DNA of 63,361 nucleotides, filler included, from Neoconidiobolus thromboides FSU 785 (Eukaryota; Fungi; Entomophthoromycota): NCBI GenBank assembly GCA_025603075.1. It is 7 parts of 7 records of this genome, joined end to end, with 100 filler letters (N's around TTAATTAATTAA, not from the genome) between each part and the next. Parts side by side here need not be neighbours in the genome. Positions count along the whole stretch, not along the records: positions 62,013 to 63,361 come from MU626987.1; 6 more parts are not named here. One strand, 5' to 3'. Shown piece by piece: positions 62,013 to 63,361 of this stretch (position 1 is its first letter; each line of letters starts with the position of its first letter). The notes under the pieces were generated by a model. It saw only the letters and a program-made list of their open reading frames with translations, ran no database searches and was not told where the DNA came from. The position numbers and the translations under genes were made by a program.

Positions 62013-62112
62013 ATATGTTTTTGTGTTTAAGAATCTGCTAACAAATTTTCCGCTTAAATAGTGCTTAAAAAATGGAAAAAATAATGAAGTCGAAAAAAAC
62101 ACTCCCACATAT
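62013..62112 (-). mobile_element. MITE family 1 copy abutting a gap
   Basis: Near-consensus; one end lost to the gap. Confidence 0.9.
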
Positions 62113-63361
62113 TGGCATATTATCTTTTTAACTCATAATTATTTTCTGATACTATAACTTATACTTTTTAGAATTGGTATCTTTTATTTGGTATATCATA
62201 TTATATATAAAAGCCTAAATTTTAAGTCTAACATTCAATGTTTTTTACATCTGGTAGAGCCCAAAAACATGAAATATCAAAAAAAGACTTAATTTACAAC
62301 GTTGAAATTCATATATAAAATAAATCGGTTTTCAATGTAAACTGTTTTTATTAAGATATGCTATAATTTTAGCATTCCTTCTAAATAAAGTAGTAAAAAA
62401 GATGTTCATATTTATCTGCGCTAATATATATATATAAATAGACAAATGAACATTGAGCTTATAGAAACTTACGACTTGGATGTATGCCTTTTCAAGAATA
62501 TAGATAAAGTATTCATTATAACTTGAGCAGAAAATCATTGTTATAAAATTGACTATGGTTTTTGATTACTAATGATGGTAGTAATATCTATACCGTATTT
62601 TGATATTTTAATTTTAATTCGAGAAATATAATTGTATAACCGTATAACAATCAATCTAATTTTAAAACATTTGTTAATATTGAATATATTATGCTTTGGA
62701 TCTTCTCTGCTTGGTTGTTTTATAATTGATTTTAGCATACGTCAAACACAAAGGTTCAATTTTGGATAAATTATTTTAAAAGATGTTCTTAATAACTAAT
62801 CCCGAAAACAAATGTCAAAACCGAAAAATCCCTTAAAAAGTAGTAGTAGTTCCTTTTAAAATAAAATATCACATAGTTTTGTATTATAAATATAGTATAT
62901 CCTATTATCCTATTTCTCTTGGAATTCTCATTAAATTATAATGGTGTTATTAAAATTCAACCTAGAACATGTAACATTGAATTGATATGTTTATTTATAT
63001 AATATTCTTTGTAGAAATAAAATTCTATTAGAAATTAAAATTACTTCAATTGATCAATTAACTATAAATAAGCTCTTGATTTAATAGTGCAACACATAGA
63101 AATCACTCTATTTCTACTTGTTTATAGAGAGCGGTAAAACAATAATAATAAATAAATTATCCAATATTTGTTATTTTGGGGATTTGTAGAAAGTAAACCA
63201 TCTGGATAAAACGTATAATCATTATTATTTCGAATGTTCTAGGTGAGTTTAAAATACTATATAAATAAATAGTTTATACCATTTTAAAATTATCAAATAT
63301 CAATAACTATAATAATATCAATTATGTACACTAAAGTCTTACTTTTATCTGCTTTCTCTTC

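Overview
Very AT-rich eukaryotic scaffold segment with short GT-AG introns (~45-60 nt). The gene content points to an early-diverging fungus; Entomophthoromycotina (Conidiobolus-like) is my inference, not something the sequence proves. Six 100-nt assembly gaps (N44-TTAATTAATTAA-N44) interrupt it. A compact housekeeping block at ~19.4-45.4 kb holds MIC10, SMC4, tubulin cofactor E, an ANKRD39-like gene, a divergent B-type cyclin, a PHD/ePHD protein, a subtilisin, an aldo-keto reductase, SRP68, MOB1, ATX1, an MMC1-like gene and asparagine synthetase. The repeat-rich flanks carry an NPR/HAL kinase, a GSTFuA/LigE-like GST, Atg22, tRNA-Ala(AGC), tRNA-Phe(GAA), a three-copy DUF4203-like membrane-protein array and several secreted or Cys-rich genes. 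Most notable: (i) a secreted tandem Kunitz/BPTI-type protein whose two domains each have 8 rather than 6 Cys, with one in-frame stop; (ii) a 61-aa six-Cys CW..GW repeat protein I cannot assign to a family; (iii) about 32 copies of a ~100-bp GGG...CCC MITE with 4-bp AWWT target duplications (Sola-like), plus a longer sister element showing nested insertions and an empty site. All calls were made by eye, with no database searches; exon boundaries and repeat ends are approximate.
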